IMG/VR virus record: IMGVR_UViG_3300044730_002015
Location: 64,001 to 128,000 of that record
Reading direction: 5' to 3' (one strand)
From: a virus
Length of the DNA: 64,000 nucleotides
Both the position numbers and the translations under genes were made by a program. Of the stretch, positions 55,569 to 63,177 are shown piece after piece. Below the pieces are notes generated by a model. That model was not told where the DNA came from. It made no database searches and worked only from the letters and a program-made list of their open reading frames with translations. Every line of letters begins with the position of its first letter. Positions within the stretch are counted from its first letter, which is position 1.

Positions 55569-57527
55569 TCAGTGTGCGGAATTTACAACTTCAATCTGGG
55601 TACCATCTTCTTTGATTGTGTGACAAGTCCTGATAAATTTTACATCAACGGTGGTCCAATCAATTGGTTTGGCCAAAGTGTGAAATCTGCGTATTTGAAA
55701 TTCGGGCAGTACTGAGTGCTGGCGTGATTCTTCCCAAGCGTCCCAAGCATATTTTACCGAAAACTTTACTGCCTGCGTTTCTCTAAATGTAGACATTTCT
55801 AAATAATCAACTAGATCCGCAAATGCATCAATGGGCATAAAATCTGCGAACATTTGCCTGATCTTTTGGAAAATTTCAGATCTGTGTCTTGACCAAAGTT
55901 TCAACAACACATTGAATATAGGTTCTTCTACGCCATCCAATTCAACCTTGCGCCAATCTTTGTCTGCATACTGGCCCGAAGCCATAAGATCGAGATATCG
56001 ATCAAACGGTTGATAGAATCCTGGCACAGCAACAGCTACTTCATATAATCTCCTGAGAGTTTGCCCAGCAGAGAAGTTTTGGTGCAACCGAAGATATTCA
56101 ATCATTGGAGTCAATAAATGTTGATTACTGATGATCATATCAAAATCGGTCATAAACATCATCTGTTTCCAATCATCGACTGTATAGCTCGAACTGCTGA
56201 CCGGAATAAAAACCACTTGATCTGACACTGTGGTGTTGTCGTAAATCGCGATGTAATCTTGATCCAATAGCTGTACCTGCTCGCCGCCTTCACCTTCCAT
56301 GCCCAAAGGTACCAATTGCAGTTGATGTTGCTTGATATAGTCGGGATTGGCTGCTGGTGTATCTGGCATGACGAAAAACGGTGCGCGAGTCACCCCACTG
56401 TATTTGTTAAACACACGATGCACTATGTTGCATTCTTCATAAAAGTCGTCCAATGTGCTGCCGGGCAGGCCCAGTATCAATTCTACATTGACTCCAATGT
56501 CATAATCATCTATATAGGATCTGGCCATTGCTATGTTATCTTCCAAACTGATATCAGTGCGATCTATGTTTTTAAGAGCAATTGGGCTGACTGTCTGTAT
56601 GCTCATTTGATAGTTTCTAACCAGTCCGGATTCTATCAGCGGTGTTAACACAGCACGTCTTTTGTCAATCTGTACTTTAGCCAGGCCTCCTATGTACACA
56701 TCATTCAGTTGATCTTTCAAGGCAGCAAACATTTCAGCGATCTTGGCGTCTCTAGGAAGTATACCAAAATTGGCATCTGTGATGTACACACTTTTGACTC
56801 CTATCACAGGAAAGTAACTGAGATCGTCAGCAATATTTTCCATGCTGTTTGGTACTACCTTGGTATTGATACCACCGCCCCATTCGCAATAAACACAACC
56901 ATATGGACATCCTCTGTTGGTTTCATACAGCACTGTTACCGGTCTTCCGCTTTGTTGGCTGTATTCAGCGTATTTCATTGATTCATCTAAGTTGGTAGAA
57001 TACACACCACTGGGGAAAACAAAATCTCTTTTGTTGGGTTGTGGACCGCGGCCGCCCGGATGATAACTATTCCGGACATTAGACCAATCAAGATTGTTGT
57101 CAATGATAGAATCTAAGGTATCGGTTAAAAACCATTCCCCGTATTCGGTAGGTGTACAGGTGGCGTCAAACCAAGGATATTTTTTAAACCATAGCAGTGG
57201 AGATGTATGCGTGGTATTTTGATGTGGACCGCCCAAGACCAATAAAGCATTGGGCTGTAGTTTTTTCACTTTCTGAGAGACAATTTTGATTACATTCCAA
57301 CTCCACATATAGCTGGAAAAGGCATAGACATCGGCTTGATGCTGTACTGTGTCCTCTACTATATCCTCTATGCTCCAACCAGTGTAGTCTATCTTTGGAG
57401 CAATCCATTGCCATTGGTCAGGGTGCCGGCCATTGAGTTCATAGTATCTTTTGAAACTAAAATAACTGCCAGGTAAGAAAAGATCGTAGCGAGTGGTGTC
57501 AAATTTGAAAAAGTGAATCTTTTTCAT
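55569..57527 (-). CDS. Cobalamin-binding-domain radical SAM enzyme (652 aa)
   Basis: AFSSYMWSW..LVLGGPH B12-domain motif; ETNRGCPYGCVYC; TDANFG; ELILGLPG; ATG 57527 lies 5 nt after TAAGTA. Confidence 0.88.
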   Translation of the reverse strand: MKKIHFFKFDTTRYDLFLPGSYFSFKRYYELNGRHPDQWQWIAPKIDYTGWSIEDIVEDTVQHQADVYAFSSYMWSWNVIKIVSQKVKKLQPNALLVLGGPHQNTTHTSPLLWFKKYPWFDATCTPTEYGEWFLTDTLDSIIDNNLDWSNVRNSYHPGGRGPQPNKRDFVFPSGVYSTNLDESMKYAEYSQQSGRPVTVLYETNRGCPYGCVYCEWGGGINTKVVPNSMENIADDLSYFPVIGVKSVYITDANFGILPRDAKIAEMFAALKDQLNDVYIGGLAKVQIDKRRAVLTPLIESGLVRNYQMSIQTVSPIALKNIDRTDISLEDNIAMARSYIDDYDIGVNVELILGLPGSTLDDFYEECNIVHRVFNKYSGVTRAPFFVMPDTPAANPDYIKQHQLQLVPLGMEGEGGEQVQLLDQDYIAIYDNTTVSDQVVFIPVSSSSYTVDDWKQMMFMTDFDMIISNQHLLTPMIEYLRLHQNFSAGQTLRRLYEVAVAVPGFYQPFDRYLDLMASGQYADKDWRKVELDGVEEPIFNVLLKLWSRHRSEIFQKIRQMFADFMPIDAFADLVDYLEMSTFRETQAVKFSVKYAWDAWEESRQHSVLPEFQIRRFHTLAKPIDWTTVDVKFIRTCHTIKEDGTQIEVVNSAH

Positions 57528-57558
57528 ATTTGTACTTAGCATGGGTCAGCGGGCGGTC

Positions 57559-57587
57559 AAAAGGAAACAGGTGCCGAAGCACCTGTT
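57559..57587 (-). terminator. Intrinsic terminator with UUCG loop
   Basis: AACAGGTGC-TTCG-GCACCTGTT-TCCTTTT. Confidence 0.88.
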
Positions 57588-57616
57588 GTGACTTACCAGT
57601 CGACTGGTTCCTGCTA

Positions 57617-57889
57617 TTACAGGGTCAGGCCCATGGCTTTGGCTTTGTAACCAAGTGCCACGATTTCGCGGCTGGGTTTGCCCATTTCATACTCGGTAAC
57701 ATTTACACCGTTGCCTGCGCGACGCTGGTTTGCATAGACTGCATAGCCATTGTGGCGGATGCGGCTAACTTCGGCACCAATGTTCTTGATACCAAAACGC
57801 TTTTCAGCCTGGCTTGCGGTCACTTTCTGACCATTGTAAAGAGCGTTGAACAGTTTAAAAGTTTTTGTTTCAGGGTTGAAGTATTTCAT
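57617..57889 (-). CDS. Small basic winged-helix-like DNA-binding protein (90 aa)
   Basis: VTASQAEKRFGIKNIGAEVSRIRHNG HTH-like segment; GAGGA SD; own promoter and terminator. Confidence 0.72.
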   Translation of the reverse strand: MKYFNPETKTFKLFNALYNGQKVTASQAEKRFGIKNIGAEVSRIRHNGYAVYANQRRAGNGVNVTEYEMGKPSREIVALGYKAKAMGLTL

Positions 57890-57933
57890 AAAGTCCTCTT
57901 AAGTTAGTTCGCTGTTGTTGGCAGCGTGTAGTT

Positions 57934-57961
57934 AGTATAGCAGTTTTAGAGTTGTATGCAA
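57934..57961 (-). promoter_or_regulatory. Sigma70-like promoter TTGCAT-16-TATACT with TGn extension
   Basis: Extended -10 TGCTATACT. Confidence 0.7.
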
Positions 57962-57998
57962 CAGTTTTTGGCAAGATATTTTGGGTGACATTTACCAT

Positions 57999-58874
57999 TT
58001 ACTGCTTGCTCAGTAATGCGGCACCAACGCTGCCTGCACTGTCGCCCAATTCGGCCCGCACGATCACAGTATCAAATGAGTCGGAAAAAAGGTGTTCACG
58101 GATCATGGTGTCACCGGTGGTCATGATATCAGGCAGGTTGCTGAGTCCTCCGCCCAACACTATACAATCGGGATCCAGAACCTGTATCAAATTGGCCATG
58201 GCCAGTCCATAGTCTCGGTACCATTGGTACAGTCTCATAGGATTTTGTGCCAGGATCACATCGGCAGGTGGTGCTATCTCGTTGGGTCGAGATAGATATG
58301 ACTCTTGAATGGCGCCGCCACCTAGATTGCTTTCCACACAACCTCGGCGACCACAACGGCAGTTGTGCTGGTCATTCAGCGTGGTATGCCCCCACTCGCC
58401 CAATATGCCATTGCGGCCACGAGTGATTCGGCCATATTCCACCAATGCGCCGCCAACTCCAGTGCCCAGTATCACACCAAACACGCGATCGTAGCCACGG
58501 CCTGCACCCAGTCTAGCTTCGGCCAAGGCAAAACACTGAGCATCATTGGCCACTGTGACAGGTTGATGCAACCAACAGGCCAGATCGCGCTCAATGTCAT
58601 GACCATTCATGTGTTCAATACTGGAATTCCTCAGCAGGCCTGTTTTGGAGTTTAGGCTGCCAGGAGTGCCGAGGCCCACTGTGTGTTGGCCTATGCCGGT
58701 GGTGGTTATGGCTGTAAGATACTGTTGCCTGATATTGGTGAGAACTTGTTGCCGGCCCAGATTTGCTTGTGTAGGGCCACGCTCCCGGTATAGAATACTA
58801 TTATTACGATCAATAATCGCGCACTCAATTTTGGTACCTCCTAGATCAATACCTACTTTGTATTCTGGTGCCAT
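57999..58874 (-). CDS. ROK-family sugar kinase (Mak/fructokinase-like)
   Basis: GIDLGGTKIE, NDAQCFALAE, ILGTGVGG, EWGH, CRCGRRGCVE, LGGGLS. Confidence 0.92.
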   Translation of the reverse strand: MAPEYKVGIDLGGTKIECAIIDRNNSILYRERGPTQANLGRQQVLTNIRQQYLTAITTTGIGQHTVGLGTPGSLNSKTGLLRNSSIEHMNGHDIERDLACWLHQPVTVANDAQCFALAEARLGAGRGYDRVFGVILGTGVGGALVEYGRITRGRNGILGEWGHTTLNDQHNCRCGRRGCVESNLGGGAIQESYLSRPNEIAPPADVILAQNPMRLYQWYRDYGLAMANLIQVLDPDCIVLGGGLSNLPDIMTTGDTMIREHLFSDSFDTVIVRAELGDSAGSVGAALLSKQ

Positions 58875-59371
58875 TATGACTCCAGTCCTAAACTATGATA
58901 ACCACGGAACATGATACTGACACAAATCCTGCGGTTGATTGCTGCTTTTCTTGGTTCTATGCAGTGTTCATATCTTTCATGATCATGGCGCACCAAAAAG
59001 CAATCACCGGTGGATAGATCCATGAATCTGGTGCTGTCGGGGGTCAACAAATCTCTATAGCCCACCCGCATTCCGGTGGATTCATTGATCTTGGGATCAC
59101 AGATATAGTACATGATGATGCCATCAATGTTTGGGTCTAGATCAGTGTGCCAGTCCATGAATTTGCCAGAAATCTTGTCTCTTTCTATAACTCTTTGATA
59201 ATCATAAATGGTAAGATTATAAAAGTCTAGTCCCAGGTTATCTAATAATATTTTGCAGTACGAATTACCTAAATCTTCGGGCACATCTGGTACTGTCGAC
59301 ATGATGTCTTTATGATCAGAATCTATGATCAAACGATGCACGCCCGAGGTAACAGGAATTACATCAATCAT
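58874..59371 (-). CDS. 2OG-Fe(II) oxygenase-like protein (165 aa)
   Basis: WHTD ... EHCIEP ... RIC facial-triad pattern; TAATG coupling to the ROK gene. Confidence 0.7.
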   Translation of the reverse strand: MIDVIPVTSGVHRLIIDSDHKDIMSTVPDVPEDLGNSYCKILLDNLGLDFYNLTIYDYQRVIERDKISGKFMDWHTDLDPNIDGIIMYYICDPKINESTGMRVGYRDLLTPDSTRFMDLSTGDCFLVRHDHERYEHCIEPRKAAINRRICVSIMFRGYHSLGLES

Positions 59372-59612
59372 TGAGTCGTTCCTGGAGATCATTGGCAGTA
59401 AAATAACCGCAGGGCCAGTCTATGTTTGTGGATTCCTGATTTAAACTATCTCTGATACGGTTGAAATGTATACTGAACAATTCTTCGTTGATGACATTGT
59501 TGGTCATGATCCCGGGAGTTTCCAATATGGATCTTATCTGCGGCACAGTCAGTAGGTTGCCCGATATGCATTGAGCTATGTCATCGTCTGACAGATCTTG
59601 ATAAGTTCTCAT
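59364..59612 (-). CDS. Hypothetical protein (82 aa)
   Basis: ORF track; ATGA overlap. Confidence 0.7.
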   Translation of the reverse strand: MRTYQDLSDDDIAQCISGNLLTVPQIRSILETPGIMTNNVINEELFSIHFNRIRDSLNQESTNIDWPCGYFTANDLQERLND

Positions 59613-59800
59613 CGATCCTCAAAAAGTTTCCCAAATTTCTGTTGGAATTCATACAGCGTGGTCATGAGCCTGCGGGGAATGTTGCCGCCTTCATTGATCT
59701 CAAATATCACCCAAGGGCATTCTTCTCGTTGTTTGATCTGATGGATCTTGATGCTTTTGCCATCTTCAAAGTCTACTGTTTTGCCTACATATTGATACAA
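59609..59800 (-). CDS. Hypothetical protein (63 aa)
   Basis: TTG 59800 with GGAG SD just after the upstream stop. Confidence 0.6.
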   Translation of the reverse strand: MYQYVGKTVDFEDGKSIKIHQIKQREECPWVIFEINEGGNIPRRLMTTLYEFQQKFGKLFEDR

Positions 59801-59802
59801 GG

Positions 59803-60153
59803 TTATCTCCGTGGAACTCCGCCCGGGGGTTTGGGCAACTGGGGCAAAGATTTCCAATAATCCAGCCACTTCTGCTGTTCTTCTATGTGCCTTTGTTGTG
59901 CTTCGTTCATCCTGCGCATTTCGTTGAGATGTTCTTTTTGTTCGTGCTGTCCCTGTGCTATCTTGTCTATCTTTTGGTCCATGTAATTGAGTCGTTGTTC
60001 CTGCAGGCCCAAACGTTCTTTGAAATAATCAATGTCATGACCTCTGCTGGCTGCTATGGCATACAGAACCAAAACGGTGACACACAGCACCATGACCAAA
60101 GACCACAGCACCTGAGTTTTTTCAACCGGAGTTAGATCATTCCAAAGTTGCAT
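59803..60153 (-). CDS. Membrane-anchored coiled-coil protein (116 aa)
   Basis: N-terminal TM, heptad-rich middle, Pro-rich C-terminus. Confidence 0.78.
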   Translation of the reverse strand: MQLWNDLTPVEKTQVLWSLVMVLCVTVLVLYAIAASRGHDIDYFKERLGLQEQRLNYMDQKIDKIAQGQHEQKEHLNEMRRMNEAQQRHIEEQQKWLDYWKSLPQLPKPPGGVPRR

Positions 60154-60315
60154 CTACGCACGGGGCCTCGCTTCACACCAGACTAGGTATCGACTGCCCG
60201 ATTGCCTAGCAGCGGCCGTGTACTGCCGCACCTTATCTTCACACATAGACCGTGTGGCAAAACTATCCACGTCTATGCTCCAGCCATTCAAAAACATCAC
60301 AAACACCCAGACCAT
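60154..60315 (-). CDS. Small hypothetical protein (53 aa)
   Basis: TGATG overlap; MVWVFVMFL...FATRSMCE...VWCE. Confidence 0.65.
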   Translation of the reverse strand: MVWVFVMFLNGWSIDVDSFATRSMCEDKVRQYTAAARQSGSRYLVWCEARPRA

Positions 60316-60536
60316 CAAGCGCCCATGTCGCCGTCTCTGCGACTTTCGTCTATCACACGCTGGCTCCACATTTCTTCGTTTTCCAGCACAGGAATATCAT
60401 AGGATCCCACAGCAGGTAGATCGCTGTAGTGATCCCACTGTGTGGTATCTTTCCTGCCAAAAATCCTGTCCCAGTTCTGATCAAATGTCATTTGATCCAC
60501 TGAACTGGGGCGAGGTTTAGAGCCCTTGCCCGCCAT
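60315..60536 (-). CDS. Hypothetical phage protein (73 aa)
   Basis: MAGKGSKPRP..FDQNWDRIF; AGGAG upstream. Confidence 0.78.
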   Translation of the reverse strand: MAGKGSKPRPSSVDQMTFDQNWDRIFGRKDTTQWDHYSDLPAVGSYDIPVLENEEMWSQRVIDESRRDGDMGA

Positions 60537-60555
60537 ACCTTATCTCCTGTGTTCG

Positions 60556-60561
60556 TACTTA
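60556..60561 (-). promoter_or_regulatory. Late-type box TAAGTA heading the 60536-57999 operon
   Basis: Same motif as at 57533 and 54374. Confidence 0.45.
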
Positions 60562-60684
60562 TCTAAGGGCAGTAACCGTGACTGCCACCAACAAAAACAC
60601 GATAGCTATAGCCAGTGCAGTCAGGAGGAAAGTCAGCACGTGGGATATGCCTGTGATTGCCCAATGTATCCAGCGTAGTAACAT
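60559..60684 (-). CDS. 41-aa hydrophobic micro-protein (MLLRWIHWAITG...)
   Basis: GGAG SD; fills the gap; not in ORF track. Confidence 0.6.
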   Translation of the reverse strand: MLLRWIHWAITGISHVLTFLLTALAIAIVFLLVAVTVTALR

Positions 60685-60686
60685 GA

Positions 60687-61145
60687 TCAACTCCCTGTGT
60701 GCAGTTGTAGGTATCCGGGACGGCCCTCAATGAGAGAGAACGATTCTATAAAGCAGTGATGACCGTCACCTGACTCACGTATGGCCGCGTCCGAGGCACG
60801 ATAAAGAGCATTCCAGTCCTTGCCCTCGATTGGAACCACCACTTCTTTATCTCCCCAATGTTCGTCATAGACCACGTGCGTGGCATCTTTGTAGGGATGG
60901 CAGGTGGTCATGTGGTTGACCTGATACAGGCTCCAAGTGGAGCGGAGCCCATAGTGTTGTTGCCAATGTTGGTATTCACGATGTTTTCTGTCGAAGTCCG
61001 CATTGTCCTGCTCATAGGCCGATTTCAGTGCCTCGCGGATACGCTCAGCACCTGTCGCACCATCAAGGCCTTGGTACTGCAATTCCCAAAGGGTGTTGTG
61101 GATGGCTTTGAATTCGTTTTTGGTCACTGTAACGTCGCAATACAT
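60687..61145 (-). CDS. Hypothetical phage protein (152 aa)
   Basis: ORF track; ASDAAIRESGDGHHCFIE. Confidence 0.8.
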   Translation of the reverse strand: MYCDVTVTKNEFKAIHNTLWELQYQGLDGATGAERIREALKSAYEQDNADFDRKHREYQHWQQHYGLRSTWSLYQVNHMTTCHPYKDATHVVYDEHWGDKEVVVPIEGKDWNALYRASDAAIRESGDGHHCFIESFSLIEGRPGYLQLHTGS

Positions 61146-61345
61146 TATGATTCCTCCTTGGAATTTAAACGTAGATATTCTTGATACAATTCAAGACGTT
61201 GATAATATTCGTTCATGATATGCTCCAGGATGCCGGTCTGATCCAAGCGACCACTGCGCTCACGGATAAGTTCCAGGACCTCGCGATCGGCATCAGTGAT
61301 GGTCACAGTGATCTTGACATCTGGATTGGGTCGGAGTTCGCTCAT
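61145..61345 (-). CDS. Hypothetical protein, possibly ribbon-helix-helix (66 aa)
   Basis: VKITVTITD strand followed by two helices; TAATG overlap. Confidence 0.65.
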   Translation of the reverse strand: MSELRPNPDVKITVTITDADREVLELIRERSGRLDQTGILEHIMNEYYQRLELYQEYLRLNSKEES

Positions 61346-61355
61346 GATAAAAACC

Positions 61356-61424
61356 CTAGAACAAATGGAAACTCATACAGCCCGAAAGCAGGCTCACTGA
61401 CAAAGTGATCGCTAGAAATTTCAT
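61356..61424 (-). CDS. 22-aa lipoprotein-signal micro-ORF MKFLAITLSVSLLSGCMSFHLF
   Basis: ATGA overlap, GGAG upstream, LLSGC lipobox. Confidence 0.5.
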   Translation of the reverse strand: MKFLAITLSVSLLSGCMSFHLF

Positions 61425-61573
61425 TGCGGTTGCTCCAGGGCCTGCAGTCGCAGATACTCTTGATTGAGTTCAGCGATCCGCCGTTCATTCTTTGCGTTGG
61501 CTTCCAGATCCAGTTCGCCGCGCACTTCGCAGAGATGGATCAGTTCTTCAATCACATCGTTCATGGTTCTCAT
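61421..61573 (-). CDS. 50-aa helical hypothetical protein (MRTMNDVIEEL...)
   Basis: AAGGAG SD; not in ORF track. Confidence 0.7.
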   Translation of the reverse strand: MRTMNDVIEELIHLCEVRGELDLEANAKNERRIAELNQEYLRLQALEQPQ

Positions 61574-61746
61574 ATGATCTCCTTTGTGCCGTCGATCCGA
61601 CGGCGTTCCAGTTCCGATTCCAGCAAGTCTCGCACGATGGTGTCCTTGACCCCCATACTCCGGAGGCCTCGATAAAGACTGTATCGTTGTTGTAAGACTT
61701 CGGTGGTGCTCTTCACAATGTCTGCTTTGAGTTCATCCATGGTCAT
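61570..61746 (-). CDS. 58-aa hypothetical protein (MTMDELKADIV...)
   Basis: AAGGAG SD; ATGA overlap; not in ORF track. Confidence 0.7.
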   Translation of the reverse strand: MTMDELKADIVKSTTEVLQQRYSLYRGLRSMGVKDTIVRDLLESELERRRIDGTKEII

Positions 61747-61755
61747 CGTGTCTCC

Positions 61756-62100
61756 TTAGTCTAATCTCGATCCAGCATAAGCTTCAATGCCATACCGTTT
61801 CAGCACTTCGGCATAGGCTTCAGCACCAGCCTCCAGGGTGTCCACATTCTGGCACCCAAACTTTGATGGATTCCAAAGTTGGAGCCCGCCATCGTAGGCC
61901 CGGCGGAAGCCCACTTCTTTAAGACGTCGGCCCAGTTTGGTTGATGCCTTTTCAAACACCGTGACCCAGGCAAAGCCACAGGCCATTTGATCCTGGCCGC
62001 CGAGTTTTTCCTGGAAGAACCGGGCCGCGGCCTGCTCGGCGGCCCGGGTGGCTTCAAAATGTATTTCTTCTATGGATTCAAGACTAATTGTGGTATTCAT
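61756..62100 (-). CDS. Hypothetical phage protein (114 aa)
   Basis: CGFAWV...WNPS...EAGAEAYA...SRLD; AAGGAG SD. Confidence 0.82.
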   Translation of the reverse strand: MNTTISLESIEEIHFEATRAAEQAAARFFQEKLGGQDQMACGFAWVTVFEKASTKLGRRLKEVGFRRAYDGGLQLWNPSKFGCQNVDTLEAGAEAYAEVLKRYGIEAYAGSRLD

Positions 62101-62129
62101 ATCTGCTCCTTTTCATTTACAATACACAT

Positions 62130-62158
62130 ATTATAGCAAAAAGGGATTTTTTGGTCAA
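62130..62158 (-). promoter_or_regulatory. Sigma70-like early promoter TTGACC-17-TATAAT
   Basis: Perfect -10 box, TGn extension. Confidence 0.9.
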
Positions 62159-62250
62159 CCTTGGGAAAACCTAGTAGCACTGCGCTCGCGCCACCATTTT
62201 TTAACACGCCAGACCATATAGTGTAACCATTCTTTGCGATGAATCATCAT
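62155..62250 (-). CDS. 31-aa basic Trp-rich micro-protein MMIHRKEWLHYMVWRVKKWWRERSATRFSQG
   Basis: AAGGAGG SD; stop overlaps a -35 box. Confidence 0.6.
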   Translation of the reverse strand: MMIHRKEWLHYMVWRVKKWWRERSATRFSQG

Positions 62251-62262
62251 TGCCTCCTTGGG

Positions 62263-62637
62263 TTAAGAATTTGTGGTATGCTTACAGGATTTTCTAAACT
62301 GGAAACCTGGGCAGGTACAAGACCAACCACCGGACCAACGGCTCACGGTGTACTCATTGCCTTTGCTACCTGAAACTGTCCAGGTCTTGACATCTGTGTC
62401 AATTGTGGTCACTGACCCCGAGACGATTTCCAAATCAGTGACAGCCGCGGCATTGATCACTCGTATGGGAAAGTCAGCATCACCGGTAATACAGAATTCT
62501 CTGTCGGTCAGCCACTTGTGTGGCTTGACCACACGGCCTTCGAACACCTGAACACTGGCCCTGGGTGGGATCATGGACGAGGCCATACGGTCGCGTAGCG
62601 TCACACGGATAACACTATCAAGGGCTGGTATTTTCAT
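62263..62637 (-). CDS. SWIM zinc-finger protein (124 aa)
   Basis: SGSKGNEYTV...WSCTCPGFQFRKSCKH. Confidence 0.82.
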   Translation of the reverse strand: MKIPALDSVIRVTLRDRMASSMIPPRASVQVFEGRVVKPHKWLTDREFCITGDADFPIRVINAAAVTDLEIVSGSVTTIDTDVKTWTVSGSKGNEYTVSRWSGGWSCTCPGFQFRKSCKHTTNS

Positions 62638-63119
62638 AGTGTGTTGAATATACGGGATTCTGAATATTCGGTCAACAGGTATTGATGGCTGTCATTTAGA
62701 GCACGATACATCTGTGCCTTGCTTACGCCAAAATGATCATAGCCTTCTTCCAGCATAGTCCAGTAGCCTTCGTCGGGCGGAAAATCCAATTGGCCAGGCG
62801 TCATATGATACACCACGGCGTGATATGTTTGGCCGTGACACACCACGGGCAGGACCTGTCGGGTGTAGTAGTGTGGATAGCCTTCGCGAACATCCAATCT
62901 GGCCAGGTGTTCATCGGTGATCTGCCACAGCACACCGGCCACCGACTGATTGTGAGTGGGCACAACATCAGCGTGGACAGCAAAACGGAACCGCCATTCC
63001 TGCAGATGTGCGGCGCCCAGACTACGAGCAACACCGTCGGCGCTGAGCCGTTCGCTCATGGCATCAGGATTGGTGTTCATGCCATAGGCAAAATAGTAGT
63101 GTAGATTTTTACTGTCCAT
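62634..63119 (-). CDS. Gamma-glutamylcyclotransferase (GGCT/AIG2-like) family protein
   Basis: YFAYGMN ... GVLWQI ... LDVREG; start MDSKN. Confidence 0.85.
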   Translation of the reverse strand: MDSKNLHYYFAYGMNTNPDAMSERLSADGVARSLGAAHLQEWRFRFAVHADVVPTHNQSVAGVLWQITDEHLARLDVREGYPHYYTRQVLPVVCHGQTYHAVVYHMTPGQLDFPPDEGYWTMLEEGYDHFGVSKAQMYRALNDSHQYLLTEYSESRIFNTL

Positions 63120-63125
63120 ACACAT

Positions 63126-63155
63126 ATATTAGCATATCTGGGAATTATAGGTCAA
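63126..63155 (-). promoter_or_regulatory. Sigma70-like promoter TTGACC-18-TAATAT; ATG 63119 at the expected +1
   Basis: Same promoter family; 6 nt to ATG. Confidence 0.72.
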
Positions 63156-63177
63156 CCGCAGATTAGTGCCTACTAAC

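Noticed and set aside
59803-60153. Spanin/lysis cassette
   Set aside because: TM plus coiled coil fits an i-spanin, but there is no adjacent o-spanin lipoprotein, holin or endolysin
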